Source: a virus | Lineage: Duplodnaviria; Caudoviricetes | Virus record (IMG/VR): IMGVR_UViG_3300025381_000060 | Span: 1 to 33,626 of that record | Strand: one strand, 5' to 3' | DNA length: 33,626 nucleotides | Shown here: in pieces, positions 6,127 to 14,774 of the stretch | How positions within the stretch are numbered: position 1 is the first letter of the stretch | How the letters are laid out: each line of letters starts with the position of its first letter | Program-made: the position numbers and the translations under genes | The notes under the pieces: model-generated | What the model was told of the DNA's origin: nothing | The model's database searches: none | The model's input: only the letters and a program-made list of their open reading frames with translations

Positions 6127-6746
6127 GCTTTTACGTCGAAAACAAACAAGAATCCAACTTCAAAATGGTACCCGCTGGATCACATCTGGCACGTTGCTAC
6201 AGAATCGTTGACCTTGGCTCACAAAAAGTTGAGTACATGGGGGAAACCAAAATCCAACGCAAAGTTATGTTGGGTTGGGAGTTGTTCGGAGAGGATACCG
6301 ATGGCACACCTTTGAAGATGGACGATGGTAAGCCCATGAGCATTTTCAAGAACTACACCTTGTCTTGGGCCGAAATGTCCACTCTAAGGAAAGATTTGCA
6401 GTCTTGGAGGGGTAAGCCTTGGACAGACGCAGAAGCACGTAGATTTGACCTTAAATCAATTTTAGGCGCGTATTGCATGATCAATGTAATACACAGAGAG
6501 TCGAACGGAAAAACGTACGCTAATGTGGCCGCAATTGCTCCAGTTCCCTCAATGATTAAATCAGCAGGTCTACCCAGCCCAGTGAATGTAAATCAGTTGT
6601 TTACACTTGCAGAGCCAGACATGGAGTTGTTTGAGACATTCAGCAAGAACTTACAAGAGAAGATTGCCAATGCTCCTGAGTGGAAGTCTAAGCCAGCAAC
6701 TGCTATCCATAGCATCGCTGACATGGAAGACGATATTCCTTTCTGA
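6123..6746 (+). CDS. phage single-stranded DNA-binding-type replication protein
   Basis: Beta-rich core (PAGSHLARCYRIVDLG) and the SSB C-terminal acidic tip DMEDDIPF. Confidence 0.7.
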   Translation: MSFYVENKQESNFKMVPAGSHLARCYRIVDLGSQKVEYMGETKIQRKVMLGWELFGEDTDGTPLKMDDGKPMSIFKNYTLSWAEMSTLRKDLQSWRGKPWTDAEARRFDLKSILGAYCMINVIHRESNGKTYANVAAIAPVPSMIKSAGLPSPVNVNQLFTLAEPDMELFETFSKNLQEKIANAPEWKSKPATAIHSIADMEDDIPF

Positions 6747-6748
6747 CC

Positions 6749-7072
6749 ATGGATTTATTCAATTTTCAATTATTTGGGACAAGTCCTAAAAAGCTTGTCC
6801 GCAAAAATGATCCAGATACTAGCCATGATGCGGCTAATGCTGTGAATACAACAAACCTTGAACAAATGGTGTTTGAGGCTATAAAAAATTATGGAAAAGA
6901 AGGTTGTATCAGCGATCAACTTTTAGCCAAATTCAACCATCTACCTTACTCCAGTGTCACGGCTCGTTATAGAGCTTTGATGACAAAAAAGTTAATCGAA
7001 GACACTGGCGAACGTAGAAATGGACGTTCAGGTAAACCACAAAGAGTAATGAGGGTAATCCATGATAGTTAG
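6749..7072 (+). CDS. winged-helix DNA-binding protein
   Basis: VRKNDPDTSHDAA N-terminal motif, HTH (YSSVTARYRALM), wing DTGERRNGRSGKPQRV. Confidence 0.7.
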   Translation: MDLFNFQLFGTSPKKLVRKNDPDTSHDAANAVNTTNLEQMVFEAIKNYGKEGCISDQLLAKFNHLPYSSVTARYRALMTKKLIEDTGERRNGRSGKPQRVMRVIHDS

Positions 7073-7817
7073 AGCTTCTGAATCACAACACTGGTACGAC
7101 AGAGATGGCAATCCTGCCTACACTGTTTTAGCCAAAGACGGCAACCCACGAGCCACAACCCTCAGAGACGCTCGAAAGCTGAACTTAGTACCTTCGGTCA
7201 CCACCATTCTGAACGCCGCCGCAAAGCCCGCTCTAGAGGCTTGGAAGCTCAATCAGATGATGTTGGCCTGCCTTACCCTACCAAGAATTGATGGCGAAAG
7301 GGAAGAAGAGTTCATTACTCGTATTGTCAAAGACTCAAAAGAGCAGGCAAAGAAAGCCGCCGAACGAGGAACAGACATTCATGGAGCGCTTGAATCGAGT
7401 TTTGAAGGGGTTTGGCTTGATGGGTACATGGAGTATCAAATCGGTGTAGATAAAGCCGTAGAGGAGGCTTTTGGGCGTCCTGAGTGGTCTTCTGAAAAGT
7501 CGTTCTGCCATGAGCTAGGATTTGGTGGCAAAGTTGACTTACATACAACACAAAATAACGGAGTTGTAATCGACTTTAAAACCAAAGAATTCACAGACCC
7601 AAATACGGTGGATGGCTATGACGAGCACTTGATGCAACTCTGTGCCTATCGTGTGGGGTTGGGCATACCAAATGCGAGGTGTGCGAATGTTTTTGTATCT
7701 GTGACGCAACCCGGCCTCGTAAAGATCGTCGAGTGGTCAGATTCAGATATGAAAAAGGGCTGGGAGATGTTTAATGCACTCCTGCAATATTGGCAAGCTA
7801 AAAACCAACACAGGTGA
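7062..7817 (+). CDS. PD-(D/E)XK exonuclease (Cas4/RecB-like superfamily)
   Basis: PSVTTIL, RGTDIH, E, GKVDL, IDFKT and QLCAY motifs. Confidence 0.85.
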   Translation: MIVRASESQHWYDRDGNPAYTVLAKDGNPRATTLRDARKLNLVPSVTTILNAAAKPALEAWKLNQMMLACLTLPRIDGEREEEFITRIVKDSKEQAKKAAERGTDIHGALESSFEGVWLDGYMEYQIGVDKAVEEAFGRPEWSSEKSFCHELGFGGKVDLHTTQNNGVVIDFKTKEFTDPNTVDGYDEHLMQLCAYRVGLGIPNARCANVFVSVTQPGLVKIVEWSDSDMKKGWEMFNALLQYWQAKNQHR

Positions 7818-7820
7818 TCT

Positions 7821-7970
7821 ATGGGATACATTGCCGCATTCTTTTGCTTCTGGGCTTGGCTAACGCACATCTTCTTTTGCTTTGGCCATGCCGCTTGGGG
7901 CTTTTTGTTAGCAGGTGCCATCTTCTTTCCCATAGGAATTTTGCATGGTTTTTATTTATGGTTTAACTAA
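7821..7970 (+). CDS. small membrane protein (49 aa)
   Basis: Not in the ORF track; MGYIAAFFCFWAWLTHIFFCFGHAAWGFLLAGAIFFPIGILHGFYLWFN; AGGTG RBS; no D/E/K/R residues. Confidence 0.7.
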   Translation: MGYIAAFFCFWAWLTHIFFCFGHAAWGFLLAGAIFFPIGILHGFYLWFN

Positions 7971-7979
7971 GGAGTAGAA

Positions 7980-8246
7980 ATGAAACAAACAATTGAACTT
8001 AAATTTGATGTAGCTGATATTACGTTTATTCGCAGTGCGATAATGTTAAAAGCTAAAGACATTTGCGATTACATTACGTTTGAAACAGAAGAGTACATTG
8101 AACGCATACAAGAAGAAGAAGAAATAAAAGATATAGAAATTGATGAATTCATTGAAGATTTAAAAAAGTTGATGGAAAAAGAAGAGCCAGAAACAGTTCC
8201 AGTTAAAAGGGTAGGCAGACCAAAAGGAAGTAAAAATGCAAAATAA
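7980..8246 (+). CDS. acidic protein with C-terminal AT-hook-like motif
   Basis: AAGGAG RBS; E/D-rich middle; KRVGRPKGSKN tail. Confidence 0.75.
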   Translation: MKQTIELKFDVADITFIRSAIMLKAKDICDYITFETEEYIERIQEEEEIKDIEIDEFIEDLKKLMEKEEPETVPVKRVGRPKGSKNAK

Positions 8247-8460
8247 ATGGATTAACGAAGACGATGTCAAACAAGTTCTATTTGGCAGTGGCATAGATGG
8301 AGAGTTTGATCTTGATGAATTGTTGGAATTTGCAGACAAGTTGGTTTTGTTTGCTTCTTACCATATAGCTCGTACAGAACGTGAGTTTTGTATTGAGTTT
8401 GTAGAATCACTCAATGTTGAAGTAGCAAAAGCGTTGCGTGAAAAAAGGGGTAACCTTTGA
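8236..8460 (+). CDS. hypothetical phage protein
   Basis: 74 aa overlapping its neighbours; TEREFC motif resembles that in 316..531. Confidence 0.7.
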   Translation: MQNKWINEDDVKQVLFGSGIDGEFDLDELLEFADKLVLFASYHIARTEREFCIEFVESLNVEVAKALREKRGNL

Positions 8461-8690
8461 CTTCTGACGATTTCGTCACGGCATTGGTAGGGGAATGGGA
8501 GGAATCTCATCTCCCCACTTTGTTGCATTTTGTACAGCAATGGCACAACGATGCTGAAAGATACTACTTCATTCGTGATTTTGCTAAAAAACCCGTGTTC
8601 ATGGATAATCCTAGAGAACGCTCTGATTTACGTTATTTTGACGACATAGTGGATGCAAAACGACATGGTACCAGCAATAACCACGAGTGA
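8457..8690 (+). CDS. hypothetical phage protein (DAERY motif)
   Basis: TTG start overlapping the upstream stop; DAERYYFIR resembles the common phage DAERYRWLR motif. Confidence 0.65.
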   Translation: MTSDDFVTALVGEWEESHLPTLLHFVQQWHNDAERYYFIRDFAKKPVFMDNPRERSDLRYFDDIVDAKRHGTSNNHE

Positions 8691-8886
8691 TAACCTTGAT
8701 GCTTACATCGAAAAGATCAAGACATTATCTAAATCCTACGATGACGGCGACAGAACCGATGAATGCTATCGAGCAAAAATAGCAAACATGATTTGGGAGC
8801 ATGGCTACTGCCAAGCCATGGAAGATGTGCAATCTGTGCAAATGCAAACAGCTTTGTTGTTTTCCTCACCTATGGGTAACGCATAA
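8665..8886 (+). CDS. hypothetical phage protein
   Basis: Last rightward ORF; ends at the terminator; start uncertain. Confidence 0.6.
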   Translation: MVPAITTSDNLDAYIEKIKTLSKSYDDGDRTDECYRAKIANMIWEHGYCQAMEDVQSVQMQTALLFSSPMGNA

Positions 8887-8908
8887 AAAAAAGGGGGCAC
8901 ACGCCCCC
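8885..8908 (-). terminator. rho-independent terminator at the convergence of late and early transcription
   Basis: GGGGGC-acac-GCCCCC preceded by A8 on + (U8 tail on the minus strand). Confidence 0.8.
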
Positions 8909-8940
8909 CAAAGCTTCTTTGCATGGCAACTGCTAGAAGA

Positions 8941-10020
8941 TTATTTACTTTCTTGTGATGCTTTATAACGATCTAATAACTCAAGTGCGGCCTTACCTCC
9001 AGTGTACGCGGCACCGGGTATAGAGGTCAAAATTCCTGCGGGCTGGAGACCGGGCACCATCATCATCGCTCCACCAGCTCCCAAGCTTAAATCTGCCAAA
9101 CCTGTGTAGTCCCCTTCTTTGAGCTTGTTATAAGCATCAACCAAAGAAAGGCCAGACATCGCAGTTCCACCAGCTTTGGCTAAGTTTTTAAGCAACTTGA
9201 TGGCAGGTGTTGTTTCATAACCTGAGAATTTAGATTCTTTCTCAATCTGATCTAGAGTTGCTTTCTTCAAGTCTTTGTGTGCATTATCCAACTCTACTTG
9301 ATGGCCTGCATGGGCTTCTAAAGCGTTTTGATGAGCTTCATGGGCTTGTTTAAGGCTATCTCTTGCTCTGATTTGATCTTCTGTTAACAAAGGCGCTGTA
9401 GCCAAGCTAGAAGGCACTATGAGACGACTACTGCGTGTGAAGCCAGATAAGGGTCCACCCATGTCAGAAAACTCTTTAACGCCCTCTAATCCTCTTTGTA
9501 CTTTGTTTCCTTGTCTGATCTCAGACATGATGTCGGTATGGCGTTCAGCGCCGGGACTCAACATTCCGGGGTAAGTGAACTTCTTGCCAAACAATCCTTC
9601 TACCTCTTTGGGGTCTTCAGGAATAGCACCCAAACTCAGAGCTTTATCCAAAGCACTGTTGAACTCATCCTTGGTCAGAGCTACATTGGCCTCATGCAAC
9701 TTAGACTTGTCCATCAAATCAAGAACATTCTTGGTGTGCATGGATGTTACCGTTTTGGGAGCAGTAACCATTGAAGCTCTTGCTTGCCTCACCTTAGATG
9801 ATTCAGGTGAAGTTCCTAACGCCATCAAACCAGCCCCAGCAGTCTTACCAACGTCTCCTAGTATCTCAGTTGTCGAAGGAGGTGGAGGTTCTTTGCTTTT
9901 GTCAGTATCATCAGAAGAGGTATCCGTAAAAACAGAGCTGATCGCAGACAGACCAGAATCTTTGGGAGCTTCAGATTGATCAGAAAAAACAGGGCTAACG
10001 GTAGCTAGATCAGTTGTCAT
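8941..10020 (-). CDS. putative internal virion/ejection protein
   Basis: Last late gene; helical with Gly/Ala hydrophobic segments near the C-terminus; assigned by position after other ejection-type genes. Confidence 0.5.
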   Translation of the reverse strand: MTTDLATVSPVFSDQSEAPKDSGLSAISSVFTDTSSDDTDKSKEPPPPSTTEILGDVGKTAGAGLMALGTSPESSKVRQARASMVTAPKTVTSMHTKNVLDLMDKSKLHEANVALTKDEFNSALDKALSLGAIPEDPKEVEGLFGKKFTYPGMLSPGAERHTDIMSEIRQGNKVQRGLEGVKEFSDMGGPLSGFTRSSRLIVPSSLATAPLLTEDQIRARDSLKQAHEAHQNALEAHAGHQVELDNAHKDLKKATLDQIEKESKFSGYETTPAIKLLKNLAKAGGTAMSGLSLVDAYNKLKEGDYTGLADLSLGAGGAMMMVPGLQPAGILTSIPGAAYTGGKAALELLDRYKASQESK

Positions 10021-11663
10021 TGTTTTGCTCCCAAATTTGGTCTATGGTTAGCAATCAAATCTTTCCACATTGAATTAGTCTCTTCAAATACTTTGTTATA
10101 TTCAGGTGAATTGAAGAAATTATTTGCAGGCTCTTTGTTGCCATGTTTGTCATACCAAGCATTAAGAGCATTGTTTAGAAGTTCTTTTTGATGGTTGATC
10201 ACAAGATTATGCTTAATCCAGTAAGCAGTAGCTTGTGCAGAATCAGAAGAAGTAGCAATAGGTTGCTTCTCTAAGGTTACGTCAGCATTTGAAATTGATG
10301 GGCCAAGAACTGATTTGTAATTCTTAGCTCTTTCAAAAAACAACTCACCAAGAATTTGCTGAATTCTGGTGTAATCTGTTTGCTCGTTTTTGGTTAAGTG
10401 AAACTTTCTAGTTGCCTCTTCAACTGGTAAACCAATGTTACCAATCTTGGGTATTTGGAAACCCTGTTGAGCGGCGGTTAACAACGCGCCAAGAGCACCC
10501 GTTTGTTGCAAAGGTCCCCAAAGCTTAGGTTGTTTTGTATAACCATACAACTCTTCGAGCAATTGTTTTTCTCCAGTTGTAGCCCCTTTATCCCACACAG
10601 AGATAGATTTAATCTTCTCTTTGGTTGGCTCTTCACGAGTTTCTTGGCGAGACTTCTGGAGTTGCATCTCAATGATTGCTTGTTGTTTAGCAATTTCAGA
10701 AGCAACTTCACTCTCACCTTTAGGAGACAATCCTGTATTGCTAACAGCAGGAGGAGTAACTGTAGCTTTCAAATCAGGTCTTTGACCAGACAAAGCACTA
10801 GGAGCAGGAGCTACATCAGTTGGCTTTAACCCCAAAGCGCTACTGACAGCGGCTGGCAAAGGACCAGTAGGCAATGACGCTGAAGAAGGAGCTACTGTAG
10901 AACTAGGCGCTGTTGCAGTAGGAGCCTCGACAGCTCCCTTTTGCGCTTGAAGCTCTGCAAACATCTTCTGTCCAGCAGGAGACAAGCTATGGATCAAAGC
11001 TTGAGCAAAAGGAGAATTGAGGTTAGCAACATTCTCTAAACCTTTGATGGCATCAATATCTGCCTTTCTGAGTTCAGTACCAGCTTTTCTGTTCTCAGTC
11101 TCAAAATCAATCATGCTCTTGGCAATTGGACCAAACTTAGGAGACAAAGCAATAGAAGGATAGGATTTTTGTAACAATTCAAGCTTGGAAGGAGCTTCTG
11201 CTGGAGCCAAAGGCGTTCCTTGGACAGCAGTTGGAGTTGCCACTGGAGCAGTTGTAGCTTCAGCCGTTGGGTTAACAGGAGGAGCCATTGTAGGCATTGC
11301 AGACGCCAATGTAGGAGCCTGACCATTCAATTGAGCCAATTGTTGGCTAGCACTTCTGTCATATGCACTATCAAGAATAGACTTGGTGATCTGTGCTCTC
11401 ATCTGAGCATTGGTCAACTCTTCCTTCTTTTGGTTTTCCTGCCACTGACCCATGACGTCACCAGCATTACCCAAACTCTCTCCCAAAGCACCAGTTCTTG
11501 TGGGTTTTAGCAAAGCACCAGCGATAGCAAACCAAGGGATGTCTGTTTTGCTTTCTCTAGATGCGATCTTAGCCAACAACTCATTTTGAGCCTTTTCATA
11601 AGCACTTTGAGCTTGAGCTAAAGCACCTTGTGGTTCTGGGGTAGAGGTTAATGAAGTATCCAT
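10017..11663 (-). CDS. putative DNA ejection (internal virion) protein
   Basis: 548 aa; N-terminal WFAIAGALLKPTRTGALGESLGNA, Ala/Pro/Thr linkers, helical C-terminal domain; podovirus gene order. Confidence 0.6.
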   Translation of the reverse strand: MDTSLTSTPEPQGALAQAQSAYEKAQNELLAKIASRESKTDIPWFAIAGALLKPTRTGALGESLGNAGDVMGQWQENQKKEELTNAQMRAQITKSILDSAYDRSASQQLAQLNGQAPTLASAMPTMAPPVNPTAEATTAPVATPTAVQGTPLAPAEAPSKLELLQKSYPSIALSPKFGPIAKSMIDFETENRKAGTELRKADIDAIKGLENVANLNSPFAQALIHSLSPAGQKMFAELQAQKGAVEAPTATAPSSTVAPSSASLPTGPLPAAVSSALGLKPTDVAPAPSALSGQRPDLKATVTPPAVSNTGLSPKGESEVASEIAKQQAIIEMQLQKSRQETREEPTKEKIKSISVWDKGATTGEKQLLEELYGYTKQPKLWGPLQQTGALGALLTAAQQGFQIPKIGNIGLPVEEATRKFHLTKNEQTDYTRIQQILGELFFERAKNYKSVLGPSISNADVTLEKQPIATSSDSAQATAYWIKHNLVINHQKELLNNALNAWYDKHGNKEPANNFFNSPEYNKVFEETNSMWKDLIANHRPNLGAKQ

Positions 11664-11669
11664 GTTTGA

Positions 11670-13013
11670 TTACCCGTTTGCTAAATTGTTAGCTTGATTG
11701 ACTAAATTCAAAACACCACCAGCGGTAGATGTAAGAGCACCAATTTGAGCCAAGCCAGATGGTCCATAAACGCTTGCAGGAGCGTTTGTAAGAGCTGTGG
11801 TAGACGTAGGCTTGGTAAGAGAACCAAGGAGGTTTGCGTAGCTTTGAGCTGTCTGCAAGGGGAACAACTGTTGATTTTGGTTGATGGTCTGCTGTTGAGC
11901 ACCCAAAGTGGCCAAAGTATTGAGGTTGTTGTACCCCAACGCTTGGTTGGTTGTACCCAAGTTCTGTTGAGCTTGTGCTTGTGCAATCTGACTTGCCAAG
12001 TCCGTACCTGTCAATTGTCCAGTTGTTTGGCCAGCAGTCAAGAGGTTTTGATTCTGTGCATTCTGCAAAGTTCCAATGTTCTGTCCAGCAGTCAAGGCAT
12101 TCTGAGCTTGTGCGTTGGTCAATGTACCAGCAGTTTGACCCAAATTAGCCAAGTTAGAAGCTTGCTGTTGCTGTAAAGTTCCAGCAGTCTGACCAGCAGT
12201 AAGTTGGTTAGCCAATTGTTGTTGAGCCGCAGTCAAAGCTTGTCCATAGCCTGTTTGGAGGGCTTGAGCTTGTTGACCCAATATACCCTGCTCAGCATTG
12301 CTGATCGTCTGTCCTAGAGCCTGTGCGCCCCTTGTAGAGCCAAACTGACCAGCTCCAACAATACCTGCTGTGGTAGAAGGTGCCAAGTTCTGAGCAATCT
12401 GATTCTGCCCTAACTGACCAATTTGGTTTACTACATTCTGTGTGTAGGGGTCCATGTACTTACCAACCAAATCAGCGGCACTTTGTGTACCAGCTTGAAG
12501 GTAAGGAGAAGCGGCGGCTAGACCCGTATTCTGAACAGCCTGTTGAGCATAAGGGTTAAAAGCATTTACGTTGTTGGCAGTAGCCCCTTGGGTAAGATAA
12601 GGCTGTGCCATAGAAAGGGGGCTGGTACCTGTGGCTTGAGAAAGGTATCCAGAAGCCGCTCCTGCCGCACTCTTGTTTGCCGCATTAGCTAAGTTAGTTG
12701 ACGCTTGATTGAGATAAGGTTGATAGGTTTGTGAACCAGTCAAGTTCTCTGCGTTGTTGAAAGCAAGGTTTTGGTTAGCAGTTGGACCAGCAAATTGAGC
12801 ACCCTGAGCACCTGTAGTACCCATTTGAGCCGCGTTTTGCTCCAGTTGGGCATAGTAAGGATCAAGTGATGAGCCTGTGGTCTGGGCAGTAGTGATGTTA
12901 GGAGGTGCAGAACCTTGAGTCAAAGTCGTACCGCTAGAGCTACCTAAGTTGTTTAGAGAACTCAAAGCTCCTTGCGCTAAAGATGCGCTATTTGGAGTTG
13001 CTGTCGTTGTCAT
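11670..13013 (-). CDS. putative DNA pilot/ejection protein, Q/A/G/T-rich
   Basis: Almost uncharged; YMDPYTQNVV and AGQFGSTRG motifs; 18-aa helical repeats. Confidence 0.65.
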   Translation of the reverse strand: MTTTATPNSASLAQGALSSLNNLGSSSGTTLTQGSAPPNITTAQTTGSSLDPYYAQLEQNAAQMGTTGAQGAQFAGPTANQNLAFNNAENLTGSQTYQPYLNQASTNLANAANKSAAGAASGYLSQATGTSPLSMAQPYLTQGATANNVNAFNPYAQQAVQNTGLAAASPYLQAGTQSAADLVGKYMDPYTQNVVNQIGQLGQNQIAQNLAPSTTAGIVGAGQFGSTRGAQALGQTISNAEQGILGQQAQALQTGYGQALTAAQQQLANQLTAGQTAGTLQQQQASNLANLGQTAGTLTNAQAQNALTAGQNIGTLQNAQNQNLLTAGQTTGQLTGTDLASQIAQAQAQQNLGTTNQALGYNNLNTLATLGAQQQTINQNQQLFPLQTAQSYANLLGSLTKPTSTTALTNAPASVYGPSGLAQIGALTSTAGGVLNLVNQANNLANG

Positions 13014-14134
13014 TATTTGTTTCCTTCTTTAAGGTACGCAAAGGGTTGTTTTGCCTTGGGTGGTATTTTGTTGTCAGGAGCTGATCTTTTGTGTGCTCTA
13101 ATGGCTTCTCTCATCTTGTCCAATGCTTGAGCACCTGCTTTATTTGACCCATCCCCGAGGGCGGCCACAGTGTCAGCGTCAAATACATATTCTCCATCTG
13201 CAAGTTTTGCATCAATATCATCGCTTTGGCCTGTTCCTTTGCCTTGTACATAGTGTGTGCCACCCCTAGTACTGAAAACCGTTTGTAGGGGTGATTTAGG
13301 GTATTCAGGATGCCCTTCGTGGTCGTGAATCTCTCCACCTTCTTTGGCATAAGTTGGACTAGATAAAGATTTATAACTAGGAACAATACCAGAAGTGCTG
13401 ACAGGCGTAACATTGGGAGAATGAAAGGCCGCAAGTGCAGGCAAATTCTCGTTGTAAGGTGTTACTTGGACAGCTTTTCCACCAGAAACAGTACCACTGA
13501 GTTGCTGTGGTTGGGCAAAACCATAATTTGTACCTCCACCACCTGAGCCAGTACCTTGGTTGAGCAGGGAGGCACCTGCGGCAATACCAGATGCGGCCTT
13601 GGCGACGTCAGCAAGGGTAGTACCAGTGCCTGCAGTCATAGCCGCCGCATCAATTGTTGCTGGGTTGATACCAGCCAATGTAGAGCCTGCATTAGTTGCG
13701 ATGGAAGATACGCCTGTTGGCAAAGATGCAGTACTTAAACCAGCACCACCAGCAGGAGCCGCTTGTAAACCATAAGTATTAGACAAACCAGATGCATTGA
13801 CGGAGCCGGGCAGTGTCATGCCTGTGCTTCCAGCAGTAGGTGCATACATACTAGGAGTTACTGCTCCTGTTTGACCATAACCTAGATCAGTTAATCCACT
13901 TAATTGATCTGCTTCAGCGGCAGAAGTAGCAACGCTTGGGGTAGAAGCAGGTATGACGTCTGCACCCAACTCACTTCCACCGCCCAAAGAATCAATCAAT
14001 TCAGGGGCGTAGATAGCCGTTGCTACGAGAGCCGCAGTCTGAAAAGGGTTCTTCAAAGCAGTGTCAACAACTTTGTTAACCGCTTCTGTAGGTTTATTAA
14101 GAACCTCACCAACAAATCCACCACAGCAACCCAT
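13013..14134 (-). CDS. putative ejection protein with tape-measure-type C-terminal motif
   Basis: MGCCGG start, hydrophobic Gly/Ala body, VQGKGTGQSDDIDAKLADGEYVFDADTV motif. Confidence 0.65.
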   Translation of the reverse strand: MGCCGGFVGEVLNKPTEAVNKVVDTALKNPFQTAALVATAIYAPELIDSLGGGSELGADVIPASTPSVATSAAEADQLSGLTDLGYGQTGAVTPSMYAPTAGSTGMTLPGSVNASGLSNTYGLQAAPAGGAGLSTASLPTGVSSIATNAGSTLAGINPATIDAAAMTAGTGTTLADVAKAASGIAAGASLLNQGTGSGGGGTNYGFAQPQQLSGTVSGGKAVQVTPYNENLPALAAFHSPNVTPVSTSGIVPSYKSLSSPTYAKEGGEIHDHEGHPEYPKSPLQTVFSTRGGTHYVQGKGTGQSDDIDAKLADGEYVFDADTVAALGDGSNKAGAQALDKMREAIRAHKRSAPDNKIPPKAKQPFAYLKEGNK

Positions 14135-14535
14135 TATGATACCTCCGCAAGCATTAAGTAAGGATCAACTTTTGATGGGTCAGCATCTCTAAATGTGATA
14201 TCCCCAAGTCCAGAAGATGCCGCAATCTTGGCTGACAAGTCTTTATCCTGCACATACATCATCAAGTACTTTGCGCCAATCTTTCTCATAAAGTTTACAA
14301 ACTTACGCAAAGCCATCAAATAACCACGAGGATGGTCACCGTTGACTATGGTCAACAAAAGATGATTCCCTTGCAACTGATAAGCAAAAAGGACATTGTT
14401 GAACTTAACAATCTTGAATCCCTCTTTAACTTTTTCAGCCAAAGCATTCATCAAGTCGTCATGAGTCGCATCCATCCCATTGTGACGAATGTGATTTTTA
14501 ATAATATGACTAACATGGTTAACAGGAATACTCAT
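14134..14535 (-). CDS. virion assembly protein with possible degenerate GNAT fold
   Basis: Start MSIPVNH via ATGA overlap; GNAT-like secondary-structure pattern; position equivalent to T7 gp13 / P22 gp14. Confidence 0.5.
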   Translation of the reverse strand: MSIPVNHVSHIIKNHIRHNGMDATHDDLMNALAEKVKEGFKIVKFNNVLFAYQLQGNHLLLTIVNGDHPRGYLMALRKFVNFMRKIGAKYLMMYVQDKDLSAKIAASSGLGDITFRDADPSKVDPYLMLAEVS

Positions 14536-14774
14536 GATTGACTCGGTTGTATTGACATAATTCCACACAAAGTTTCTGCCCAATCGTACCAATGAGCAAA
14601 TCCTCTTTGGTCTGGAACTCCAGATTGAACAAAATACCCGATTCCTTGCATACCGTCCGCCCAATCTCTCCAGTGGGTCTCAGGTAGCGTACCTAATTGG
14701 TTAGAGGCAAACAACTCAGCCATACGAGCACACCATTGATCCCAAGTAAGCCCGCGAGGATCGTATGTAAACAT
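14532..14774 (-). CDS. small Trp-rich putative structural protein
   Basis: 80 aa, coupled to the nozzle gene; repeated WxxW(A/C) motifs. Confidence 0.65.
   Translation of the reverse strand: MFTYDPRGLTWDQWCARMAELFASNQLGTLPETHWRDWADGMQGIGYFVQSGVPDQRGFAHWYDWAETLCGIMSIQPSQS

Noticed and set aside
7062-7817. Cas4 as evidence for a CRISPR-Cas system
   Set aside because: No four-Cys Fe-S pattern, cas neighbours or array; the context is an ordinary phage recombination module.
14536-14664. N-terminal extension of the 14134 ORF
   Set aside because: Lies inside the 80-aa upstream gene; the ATGA overlap at 14532-14535 gives a better start.
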